Position numbers and translations under genes: made by a program | Shown: positions 38,207 to 46,315 of the stretch, piece by piece | Layout: each line of letters starts with the position of its first letter | Position numbering within the stretch: position 1 is the first letter of the stretch | Notes under the pieces: generated by a model | Databases searched by the model: none | Told to the model about the DNA's origin: nothing | The model's input: only the letters and a program-made list of their open reading frames with translations | Origin: an uncultured Methanosarcinales archaeon | Lineage (GTDB): Archaea; Nanobdellota; Nanobdellia; Woesearchaeales; ARS49 | Assembly (NCBI GenBank): GCA_964353335.1 | Contig: CAYGVI010000003.1 | Coordinates: 130,695 to 194,694 of the forward strand | Direction: 5' to 3' | DNA: 64,000 bases

Positions 38207-38304
38207 CTTTGGACGGGCTCCAAAGCCCGCCAGCTTTGCTGACCGCTGTCGTCAGAGAAAATGTCAGAGAAAAAAATAACTGCCCCGCCTTGCGAGGCAG
38301 TAAA

Positions 38305-38358
38305 ATGACGTAATTTATCTTTTCTTTCGGCGCTTTGAAGTCTTCGCCTTTCTTTTCT
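38305..38358 (-). CDS. 17-aa polybasic micro-ORF (MAAKKRKAKTSKRRKKR)
   Basis: SD AAGAGGTG 8 nt upstream of the ATG; followed by a hairpin (ctgcc..ggcag) plus T7 run; the upstream hairpin sequesters the SD. Confidence 0.3.
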
Positions 38359-38486
38359 TTGCTGCCATTTTTACTGCACCTCTTTTGTCTTGCAAAAGAG
38401 ACCAGTCGACCGAAGTCGACGCTGCCTCTTTTTTCAGGCTTTAATGTGGGGGAATAATTGATTTAAGTATTTTAATCTATGTTAAA

Positions 38487-39443
38487 TTATTTTAGAAAAT
38501 GCGCTTTCAGCTGCTGGTCAAGCGCGAAAAGAGTGCTGTCAAAGTTCTCGCGGGTTATTGACGGGAACTGGGCGAGCCTTGCACCTGCAGCATAATTGTG
38601 CCCGCCTCCGCCAAACAGCTTTGCTATGTCTGCGAGGTTCAGCTGGCAGATATCCCTCTTCCTGAAGCTTATCCTGCCATTCCTGTAAAGCACTGCTGAA
38701 ACATCAACAGCAGAATGGTTGTCAAGCACGTGCTGTCCTGCGTCAGCTGACTGCAATAATGCTGGCGCAAGGGCGAACCCGAATTGGTAGCCTGCGATGT
38801 TCTTGACTGCCAGATGCGAGATGATGTCCTTCAAAGCGTGCTCTTTTTTCTGCAAATATTCCCTGTGCAGCTGCTCAAACCTTTCTGACCAGAACACCCC
38901 TTTTGACAAAGCCTCAATCAGCTCTTTTGGCTCAAACCCTGACGCGATAAGGTCTGCGAGCCTTGCCGAGTTCTGGTCATTGCGCTCCCAGAACTCAATG
39001 TCGTGCGCCAGCCTCGCAAGCTCTTTTGCAACGCTGTCATTCGGCAAAAACCTCTGGCAGGCAAGCTCTGCTGCGCAAACCTTTTCCTTCGGCACAGGCG
39101 CATAGTGCAATGGGCCTGAGAGGTCAACAGTATGAACATGCCTCGCAAGTATTTCCTGGTCTTTCTCGTCGTGCGGGTGGTGGCTGTTAAGGTATGCGAT
39201 GCGGTTCCTGACTGTAATCTCGCTTAGCTTCTGTTCCATTGCGGCAAGGTTGTCAGGAAGGAAGTCAAGGATGAAAATAAGGTCGCCGCTGAGGCTTTGC
39301 ATTGAATCAAACTGCTCTTTGGCATTTTCAAAATTAAGAAGCCCGCCAAGCCTTACGTCATGCCCTCTGAGGCGTTCAGCTCTGAAGAGAATGGCTGCTG
39401 CTGCGAGCCCGTCCAGCTGCTGCGAACAGTAGACGACATGCAT
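38487..39443 (-). CDS. DHH/DHHA1 family phosphoesterase (NrnA/RecJ-like)
   Basis: C-terminal GGGHNYAAGA DHHA1 signature; NSHHPHDEKD N-terminal metal motif. Confidence 0.7.
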   Translation of the reverse strand: MHVVYCSQQLDGLAAAAILFRAERLRGHDVRLGGLLNFENAKEQFDSMQSLSGDLIFILDFLPDNLAAMEQKLSEITVRNRIAYLNSHHPHDEKDQEILARHVHTVDLSGPLHYAPVPKEKVCAAELACQRFLPNDSVAKELARLAHDIEFWERNDQNSARLADLIASGFEPKELIEALSKGVFWSERFEQLHREYLQKKEHALKDIISHLAVKNIAGYQFGFALAPALLQSADAGQHVLDNHSAVDVSAVLYRNGRISFRKRDICQLNLADIAKLFGGGGHNYAAGARLAQFPSITRENFDSTLFALDQQLKAHFLK

Positions 39444-39474
39444 GCTGCGGATTAAGGCTCGGCGCTATATAAAG

Positions 39475-40194
39475 TTAGTTGATAATCCCGTAGAATGTGT
39501 AGAGTATCCTGTCTATTGCCCTTATGAGGTCAAGCTCTTTTCCCTCGAGAATCAGGCAGTTGCCGGCAAGGATAACTCTTGGCTGTTCTGCTGTCCTGAG
39601 AAGGTAAACTCCCTTGTCAGCATCATCGCAGGTGACTATTGAGTGGTTCAGGCAGGCTTCTGAGCTGTTGACTGTGCATGCCATCTCAATCCTTCCGCCA
39701 AGCCCGCGCACAAGATTGAGCCCGAGCTCTCCCACTCCGAGTGCAATGTATTTCATGTTAGTGGTGTTTTCCCCTGGGTCAAAGGTGATGTACTGCGGCA
39801 GCTTCCTGAAAGTGATGTTAAGGTCTATGCCGCCTACTGGAACATTCTCGACTTCAAGCGGATTGTAGCGCATTCCAATGTCATACACCTGCCCGTTTTT
39901 CTGCCATTGCGTATGCCACATTCCCTCAACCTTGTTGAACTCAAAGTTATTGTAAGTTAGCTGGGCGCGCGGAGGCTCCCTGTGCAAATACTTGTATGCT
40001 AAGAAGCTTATCAGGATTAGGACAACTATTGTGGAAATAATTGCAACAGCATTTTGAACATTGCTTGCCTTTGGACTTTCCTCCTTTTTTGCCTGTTTTG
40101 CTTCAGTCACTTCATCACCTTGAATTCCTGGTAAAGTATCCTGTCTCCGACACGGTAAATTTCCCTGCCGCTTGACGCAGTTGCAATGATGCAC
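39475..40194 (-). CDS. membrane-anchored secreted hypothetical protein (paralog A)
   Basis: N-terminal TM anchor then an extracellular domain with YNxxxF..GW.T motif and several N-x-S/T sequons; the start is probably internal. Confidence 0.45.
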   Translation of the reverse strand: MHHCNCVKRQGNLPCRRQDTLPGIQGDEVTEAKQAKKEESPKASNVQNAVAIISTIVVLILISFLAYKYLHREPPRAQLTYNNFEFNKVEGMWHTQWQKNGQVYDIGMRYNPLEVENVPVGGIDLNITFRKLPQYITFDPGENTTNMKYIALGVGELGLNLVRGLGGRIEMACTVNSSEACLNHSIVTCDDADKGVYLLRTAEQPRVILAGNCLILEGKELDLIRAIDRILYTFYGIIN

Positions 40195-40721
40195 CCGTTA
40201 TTATGCTTTATGGACGTTTCGTTCCCTGACTCTAGTATCAGCACAGGCACTGTTGCTGTCGCGTTTGCGCATGTGGCTTCTGGAAGCTCATAGCCTGTGT
40301 TGTTTGTGAGCCCCCTTTGGACATAAATGCCCGCTGCCTTGCCAAGCGATTCCTCCATGTAAAACAGCGTGTCTGCTATTTCCTGCGCGTAAGTCTCCTT
40401 TGGATTGTATGAGAACCACAGGACTTTTACGCCGTCAAGGGCAACTCCTGCGCCCTCGTCAAACTGGATGTCCTCAAGCTCGCTCGGAAAGGTGTAAAAC
40501 TCAACTTTATTGTTGTTTATTTTTGTTTGCCAGCCGTTCTGTGTCCTTGTGAAGTCGGTGTCATTATACGCCAGCTGCTGGGTGTTCTCCTCGGTGAACG
40601 TGAGCGAGAAACCTATGACGCTGAGTATCATAATCGCCGCAATGAATAATGACATCCAGGTTTTCCTGCTGAATTCCATAGAAAATAGCCTCTTGCTGTC
40701 AATATTTAAAGGTTTGTGCAA
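40107..40721 (-). CDS. membrane-anchored secreted hypothetical protein (paralog B)
   Basis: Same architecture and motif (YNDTDFTRTQNGWQT) as 39475..40194. Confidence 0.45.
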   Translation of the reverse strand: MHKPLNIDSKRLFSMEFSRKTWMSLFIAAIMILSVIGFSLTFTEENTQQLAYNDTDFTRTQNGWQTKINNNKVEFYTFPSELEDIQFDEGAGVALDGVKVLWFSYNPKETYAQEIADTLFYMEESLGKAAGIYVQRGLTNNTGYELPEATCANATATVPVLILESGNETSIKHNNGCIIATASSGREIYRVGDRILYQEFKVMK

Positions 40722-40809
40722 TGCAAACCTTTATAATGGGGCGCTCTTGTACGCTCATTGATATTCTCAAAAATATAGTTTAGAGAATAGAATCGTTCGG
40801 AGTGACAAG

Positions 40810-42006
40810 ATGCAATTTACAGATTTTCACTTGCAAGTCCCTATACTGAAAGCTATCGAAGAACAGGGCTATGCTACGCCGACACAAATACAGGAAAAAG
40901 CCATTCCGCTTGTCAATAACGGCCAGGACATAATCGGCCACTCAGAAACAGGCTCTGGAAAAACCGCTGCTTTTGGGCTGCCTATCCTGAACGAGCTCTC
41001 GCACGGCAACGGAATACACGCATTGGTGCTAACTCCGACCCGCGAACTTTGCCTGCAGGTGTGCGAGGCACTCAACGGATTTGGAAAATACATCCATCTC
41101 AGGATTGTCCCTGTCTTTGGCGGGGTGGGAATTGCGCCCCAGCTGAAAGCCCTGCGCACAGCAGATGTTGTTGTCGCAACGCCAGGAAGGCTGCTTGACG
41201 TGCTTGGGCAGGGGGTTAAACTCAACGCAGTCCGCTACCTTGTACTTGACGAAGCTGACCGCATGCTTGATATGGGCTTTATTGATGACGTTGAGAAAAT
41301 AATGCGATACACGCCAAGGCAGCGCCAGACGCTGCTTTTCAGCGCAACAGTTTCCCCGCGCCTGCGCTCCCTTGTTAACAAGTACATGCGTTCTCCTGTC
41401 GCGATTCAGGGAAAGACGCACGTGGATACGCACCTGCTCACCGAACGCGCATACTCTGTTCAATCGCAGGAAAAATTATCACTTTTGGCCCACTTACTCA
41501 AGCACGAAACTCCTGGAATCGCTCTTGTCTTTTGCAAGACGCGGCGCAATTGCGACAGGGTTTCCAAGAACCTGCGGGCGCAAAGAATTGATGCAACCCC
41601 AATACACGGCGGCCTTTCACAGGGCAGGCGCACTGAGACCATAGCCAACCTCCATAAACGCGGGCTTGGCATCCTGATCGCGACAGACGTTGCTTCGCGC
41701 GGCCTGCACATCGACAATATCTCGCATGTTTACAATTATGACCTGCCCCAGACATCAGATGATTATACCCACAGAATCGGGCGCACGGCACGGGCGGGCG
41801 CAAAAGGGGATGCGGTAACTTTCGTAACACCGCAGGATAACCGCGATTTCCAGGTTATAGTGCGCGGTCTCAGAAGGCAGATAGCACCTGCTCCTCTTCC
41901 TGCATTTGAAAAAATAGCGGTTGTTGCCGCAGGCCCTTCGCACGGAAGAAGCCGCCAGCAGCAAAACCACAAGCCATTCTGGCAGCGCAGGCGCCGACAT
42001 AGGTAA
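40810..42006 (+). CDS. DEAD-box ATP-dependent RNA helicase
   Basis: Q-motif, GSGKTAAF, DEAD, SAT, HRIGRTARAG motifs. Confidence 0.9.
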   Translation: MQFTDFHLQVPILKAIEEQGYATPTQIQEKAIPLVNNGQDIIGHSETGSGKTAAFGLPILNELSHGNGIHALVLTPTRELCLQVCEALNGFGKYIHLRIVPVFGGVGIAPQLKALRTADVVVATPGRLLDVLGQGVKLNAVRYLVLDEADRMLDMGFIDDVEKIMRYTPRQRQTLLFSATVSPRLRSLVNKYMRSPVAIQGKTHVDTHLLTERAYSVQSQEKLSLLAHLLKHETPGIALVFCKTRRNCDRVSKNLRAQRIDATPIHGGLSQGRRTETIANLHKRGLGILIATDVASRGLHIDNISHVYNYDLPQTSDDYTHRIGRTARAGAKGDAVTFVTPQDNRDFQVIVRGLRRQIAPAPLPAFEKIAVVAAGPSHGRSRQQQNHKPFWQRRRRHR

Positions 42007-42013
42007 TTGCAAA

Positions 42014-42085
42014 GCCTCCGGAGGGAGTTGCACCCTCGACCTCGACCTTACGAGGGTCGCGCTATAGCTACTAAGCTACGGAGGC
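42014..42085 (-). tRNA. tRNA-like gene, putative tRNA-Thr(CGU), non-canonical D/T loops
   Basis: Cloverleaf with 7-bp acceptor, 5-bp anticodon stem, loop CTCGTAA, 5-bp T stem. However C19 and G55 violate the G19-C56 and G18-Psi55 tertiary pairs. Confidence 0.45.
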
Positions 42086-42091
42086 GGACAC

Positions 42092-42250
42092 TTATTTCAG
42101 CTGCGCAAGAACATCTTCTTTCTTCTGGAACTTTTTCTGGCACTCAAAGCATATTGTGTGGGGCTTTCCCTTTGCGTCCTTTACTATGGTGCCGAGTATT
42201 TTAGCCAGGAATGTCTGCTCAATCCCCTTCTTGCACAGCTCGCATTTCAT
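42092..42250 (-). CDS. 52-aa zinc-ribbon protein (CxxC...CxxC)
   Basis: MKCELCKKGIEQTFLAKILGTIVKDAKGKPHTICFECQKKFQKKEDVLAQLK; below the 60-aa ORF-track threshold; stop lies 6 nt before the tRNA-like gene. Confidence 0.45.
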   Translation of the reverse strand: MKCELCKKGIEQTFLAKILGTIVKDAKGKPHTICFECQKKFQKKEDVLAQLK

Positions 42251-42303
42251 AATGCTTTCACGTCAGCGAGGATTTATAAATGTCACGTTTTAAAATAGTG
42301 TTT

Positions 42304-44064
42304 ATGCCACGAATAGCAATTGTGCACAAGGAAAGGTGCAACCCAAAAGGGTGCGGCGGATACCTGTGTATGCGCATCTGCCCGATGAACAGGCAGGGAT
42401 TGGAATGCAAGACCATTGACCCTGTTGACCAGAAGATTCGGATAAATCCAGAACTAACGTCAGATGCCTGCAGTATTTGCCAGAACCGCTGTCCTTTTGG
42501 CGCGATAAGCATTATCAAGCTTCCTGAAGAGCTTGCCAAACAGCCAGTCCACCAATATGGAACAAACGGATTCCATCTTTACAATCTTCCAATGCCTGTT
42601 TTTGGAAAAGTTGTTGGAATTGTCGGAAGGAACGGCATAGGAAAATCAACAGCGATAAAGATTCTTGCAGGGCAGTTAATTCCAAACCTTGGCACTGAGA
42701 AAGAAGCAAGCCACAGTGAGCTTCTGGAATATTTTAAGGGCACAGAAGCGCAGGTGTTTTTTGAAAAGCTTGCGAAAGGGGAAATAAAAGTCAGCTACAA
42801 GCCCCAGCACATTGACCAGATTCAGAAAAATGCAAAAGGAAAAGTCAAGGATTTGCTTGACAAGGTAAATGAGACAAAGAAGCTGATAGAAGTTGCAAAA
42901 GCCCTTGGCATAGACCACATTCTCAACAATGACATTGCAAATGTTTCTGGCGGTGAGATGCAGAGGATTGCGATTGCAGCGACAGTGCTTAAGAAGGCAA
43001 ATTTGTACATTTTTGACGAGCCATCATCTTATTTGGACATAAAGCAGAGAATTAATGTCGCGAAATTCATCAAGGAGCTTGCCAATGAGCAGACTGCAGT
43101 GCTTGTTGTTGAGCACGACCTGATTATTCTTGACTACATGACAGACCTTGCGCACATAATGTTCGGAGAAGAGGGCTCTTATGGAATTGTAAGCGTTCCA
43201 AAGCCGGCTCGCAATGGAATTAACAGCTATCTCGAGGGCTTCATCAAAGAGCAGAACATGAGGTTCAGGCCTTACTCAATCACTTTCTTCTCACGCCAGC
43301 CAGGACAAAAGAAGTTTGCCAAGAAATTAACAAACTGGGATGAAATAAAGAAAAAACTTGACCAGTTCTCGCTCGATATCCAGCCAGGAAGCGTGAATGT
43401 GCACAGTGTTGTTGGAATTCTTGGTGAAAACGGCACTGGAAAGACAACTTTTGTGAAAATGCTTGCAAATGTCCTGAAGCCTGATGCAGGAAGCGTTGAA
43501 ACTCCTGTCAAGGTCGCTTACAAGCCCCAATATCTTGATTCATCATCAGAAGAATCAGTCAGCATTGCCCTGCAAAATGCTGTTGGCAAGTACGAAGTCC
43601 AGCTTATCCGCCCTCTTGACATCAAGCACTTGCTGCTCAAGAACATGAACACTCTTTCAGGCGGAGAATTGCAGCGTGTTGCAATTGCACACTGCCTCTC
43701 GCAGGAAGCAGAGCTTTACCTGCTTGATGAGCCATCAGCATATCTTGACGTTGAACAAAGGCTGGCGGTTGCAAAGACAATAAAGGACATTGCAGAGCAG
43801 CGCGGTGTGACAATTATGGTTGTTGACCACGACTTAATGTTCCTTGACTATCTTGCAGATGAGCTTATGGTCTTTGCCGGCAATCCTGGAAAAGAAGGCA
43901 AGGCAACCGGTCCTTTTGACATGGTGAGCGGAATGAACAACTTCCTCACAGAAATCGACATCACGCTCAGGAGAGACGAGGAAAGCAAGCGCCCAAGAAT
44001 AAACAAACCCGGCTCACGCCTCGACCGCGAACAGAAAGAAACCGGCAAACTCTATTACACTTAA
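42304..44064 (+). CDS. abcE1: ABCE1 / RNase L inhibitor (ribosome recycling factor)
   Basis: N-terminal 4Fe-4S ferredoxin-like Cys clusters (CNPKGCGGYLCMRICP; CSICQNRCPFGAI) plus two ABC ATPase domains. Start at MPRIAIV (42304), 30 nt from the TATA ATTTATAAA. Confidence 0.9.
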   Translation: MPRIAIVHKERCNPKGCGGYLCMRICPMNRQGLECKTIDPVDQKIRINPELTSDACSICQNRCPFGAISIIKLPEELAKQPVHQYGTNGFHLYNLPMPVFGKVVGIVGRNGIGKSTAIKILAGQLIPNLGTEKEASHSELLEYFKGTEAQVFFEKLAKGEIKVSYKPQHIDQIQKNAKGKVKDLLDKVNETKKLIEVAKALGIDHILNNDIANVSGGEMQRIAIAATVLKKANLYIFDEPSSYLDIKQRINVAKFIKELANEQTAVLVVEHDLIILDYMTDLAHIMFGEEGSYGIVSVPKPARNGINSYLEGFIKEQNMRFRPYSITFFSRQPGQKKFAKKLTNWDEIKKKLDQFSLDIQPGSVNVHSVVGILGENGTGKTTFVKMLANVLKPDAGSVETPVKVAYKPQYLDSSSEESVSIALQNAVGKYEVQLIRPLDIKHLLLKNMNTLSGGELQRVAIAHCLSQEAELYLLDEPSAYLDVEQRLAVAKTIKDIAEQRGVTIMVVDHDLMFLDYLADELMVFAGNPGKEGKATGPFDMVSGMNNFLTEIDITLRRDEESKRPRINKPGSRLDREQKETGKLYYT

Positions 44065-44621
44065 GCCCTTCCCCTGCTCTGTCCTTTTACAACTCCTGCG
44101 GCAATTAAGTGCGCAACTCTCAGCGGTTCTGGGATAAATGCCCTTGTTGAGGTTATTCTGAGCAGTTCCTTTACTGATTTCAGGTCTGTTCCTGCAAATT
44201 GAACATAAACTTTGCCGATTTGTGTCGGCTTGGGCAGCTTTTTGATTAGCGCCATTGCTTTTTTCTTTTTCAGCCATGTAAGAACGCGATAAATCTCTTC
44301 CAAATCAGGATAATCACGCACAACAACCACAACAGGGCGCCTTGTCAGCCTGTGCAATTTCTCAATATCAATGACATTAAACCCGCCTACAGCAACTCCT
44401 TTGAGCAGTATTGCCTGTAATTGCGTCCTGAAACGGCACTTGTTTATCATCAAAGCGATTTTCTCAGTAGCATCAGTGCCGTCAACAGTAGCATAAGTGG
44501 AAACAACTCCGTCAGGAAACACACCGCCGCGATAAACAACTCCAACAACAAGCACTTTCTTGTCTTTTCTCTTGACAAAAGGCCCATCATCAATGCCAAT
44601 AACTCTCGCTTCTGTTTTCAC
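44061..44621 (-). CDS. UPF0215/DUF99 family protein
   Basis: RVIGIDDGPF N-terminal signature. GTG start at 44621 is preferred over the track start 44732, which would overlap the divergent gene. Confidence 0.55.
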   Translation of the reverse strand: MKTEARVIGIDDGPFVKRKDKKVLVVGVVYRGGVFPDGVVSTYATVDGTDATEKIALMINKCRFRTQLQAILLKGVAVGGFNVIDIEKLHRLTRRPVVVVVRDYPDLEEIYRVLTWLKKKKAMALIKKLPKPTQIGKVYVQFAGTDLKSVKELLRITSTRAFIPEPLRVAHLIAAGVVKGQSRGRA

Positions 44622-44674
44622 ACAAGCAAACAATGGCGATGGATTTATATATTTAGCGTGACGAATGCAATAAT

Positions 44675-46315
44675 ATGAAAATTGACAATAAAATATTCTC
44701 GCTCTGGAAAAAAATCTCTCCATTAGGTGCATTCTGCTCAGGATTAAAACAATACGCTGGTAAAGTCTGGATTCCTACCAAAGAAAATGAGAAAAAAGCA
44801 TTGGCAGAGATTGACAAACTCCTTAAAAAGTGCAAAAAAGACAAAAAAGCAACAAAATTCCTTAGATCCGTGCGCAGAGGATTCCTGTTTGAGGAGCCCA
44901 ATGACCCTCCTGGCGCAGTAATGAGCTATTTGTACAATCATTTCCTTGTTGAGGGCTTTAAGGAAAACCACATAAGGAAGATAGCAGACGGCTGCGGTAA
45001 AAGCCTTGACGTAAAAAAGTATTTGCTGAAAAAAGACTGGCCTGCTGAAATCAAAATCCTTGGCGTATTATCCTGCGACGGCTGTTTTGGAGTCATTTCA
45101 ACAGCAAAAAACAATGTCAAAAAGGAAAGCACAAAGAAAAAACTTGATGCTTTGGCAGAAAAAGTGAAAGAATGGCGCAATGCAATGCTCGTCGGCAAAA
45201 TAAAGAAAGGCGACTTCACAGAAGTGTTCCCGCTGTTAAAGAAATACGGCAAGGGCTTCAGGCGCGAAAAAATCTATCCAAAGCTACTGAAAGACTATTA
45301 TGACTATCCTGAATCAGCAAAAGAGATTGAAAGCAAGGCACTGGGCTGGCTTGAAGAAGACCTTCCAAAGTTCAAAGCCATTTGCGCCAAGCTCGCTTCA
45401 AAGCTGAACTGTAAAAACACAGTTCCAGACATTGACGTGGCATTAAAGAAAAAATACAATGTGCCTTTGAAGCAATTAATCAAGGTGATAGTTGAAACAA
45501 GGCGCCTGCTTCAGGACATTGCGGAAGAAAGCCTTGTGAAAATAACCCCTAAATATGATGTCAGGGTTGTTGAAACCCCTTCTTACATGGTTCCGTTCAT
45601 GCCTTCTGGCGCAATGAGCCCGTTCGGAACATTGACGAAAAAGCCATTCTGTGTTTATTTTGCGACAAATGACAAGCGCGGAAGCCCGAATGACTGCCTG
45701 CCTGAAATTTTCCAGCTCACAATACACGAAGAGCACGGCCACTGCGTCAACTTCATGAACAGCTACACAGGATACCTTGGAAAGCTCCGCCTTGTTGAGA
45801 TTCTTGGCTCTTCTCTGGACACTCCAATCACAGAAGGGCTAAGCTTCCACAGGGAAATTGAGCTTCTTGAGATATTCAGGCATCTTGAACACGAATACAT
45901 GCCAAGCAAGGCAGAGAAAAACGTCATAAATTTTATCAGCAAATATTCTGATTTGGAAACTTTCAATGACGCAATGGAATATGTTGTGAGAAAATGGCGT
46001 GTTGGAAGATTCCTCAGGGCAATTTCAGACAGCCGTGTCAACTCAGGAAAGCAAAAATACGCTGATTTTGTTGAGTGGGCAAACAAAAAAACAGGATTGC
46101 CAAAGAAAAGAATATACGACCTAACATTCACCTTCTTTGAAAACCCAGGATATTCGCCGAACTACAGTGTTTTCGGGCAGCGTTTGGCAGAACTCCAGCG
46201 AAAAGCAATGTCAAAAGGAATCTCGAGAGTCGAATTCAACACTTTTGTCGCGAGCAAGGGCTTCCCGGCGAGAAGTATATTTGAGAAGCAGTTGAAAGAA
46301 GAATTCAAAATCTAG
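44675..46315 (+). CDS. uncharacterised HExxH protein, putative zinc metallopeptidase (DUF885-like)
   Basis: 546 aa with LTIHEEHGHCVNF (HExxH+H) in the C-terminal half. Confidence 0.45.
   Translation: MKIDNKIFSLWKKISPLGAFCSGLKQYAGKVWIPTKENEKKALAEIDKLLKKCKKDKKATKFLRSVRRGFLFEEPNDPPGAVMSYLYNHFLVEGFKENHIRKIADGCGKSLDVKKYLLKKDWPAEIKILGVLSCDGCFGVISTAKNNVKKESTKKKLDALAEKVKEWRNAMLVGKIKKGDFTEVFPLLKKYGKGFRREKIYPKLLKDYYDYPESAKEIESKALGWLEEDLPKFKAICAKLASKLNCKNTVPDIDVALKKKYNVPLKQLIKVIVETRRLLQDIAEESLVKITPKYDVRVVETPSYMVPFMPSGAMSPFGTLTKKPFCVYFATNDKRGSPNDCLPEIFQLTIHEEHGHCVNFMNSYTGYLGKLRLVEILGSSLDTPITEGLSFHREIELLEIFRHLEHEYMPSKAEKNVINFISKYSDLETFNDAMEYVVRKWRVGRFLRAISDSRVNSGKQKYADFVEWANKKTGLPKKRIYDLTFTFFENPGYSPNYSVFGQRLAELQRKAMSKGISRVEFNTFVASKGFPARSIFEKQLKEEFKI

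Noticed and set aside
38178-38486. Possible RNase P RNA in the long intergenic region
   Set aside because: None of the conserved RNase P motifs (GGAAAGTCCGGGC, AGGGTGAAA..GGTAAG, ACAGAAA) are present. The region is better explained by hairpins, a micro-ORF and a promoter.
42014-42085. Reading the tRNA-like sequence on the plus strand
   Set aside because: The plus strand gives G8/A9 and a misplaced T-loop; only the minus strand folds into a cloverleaf.
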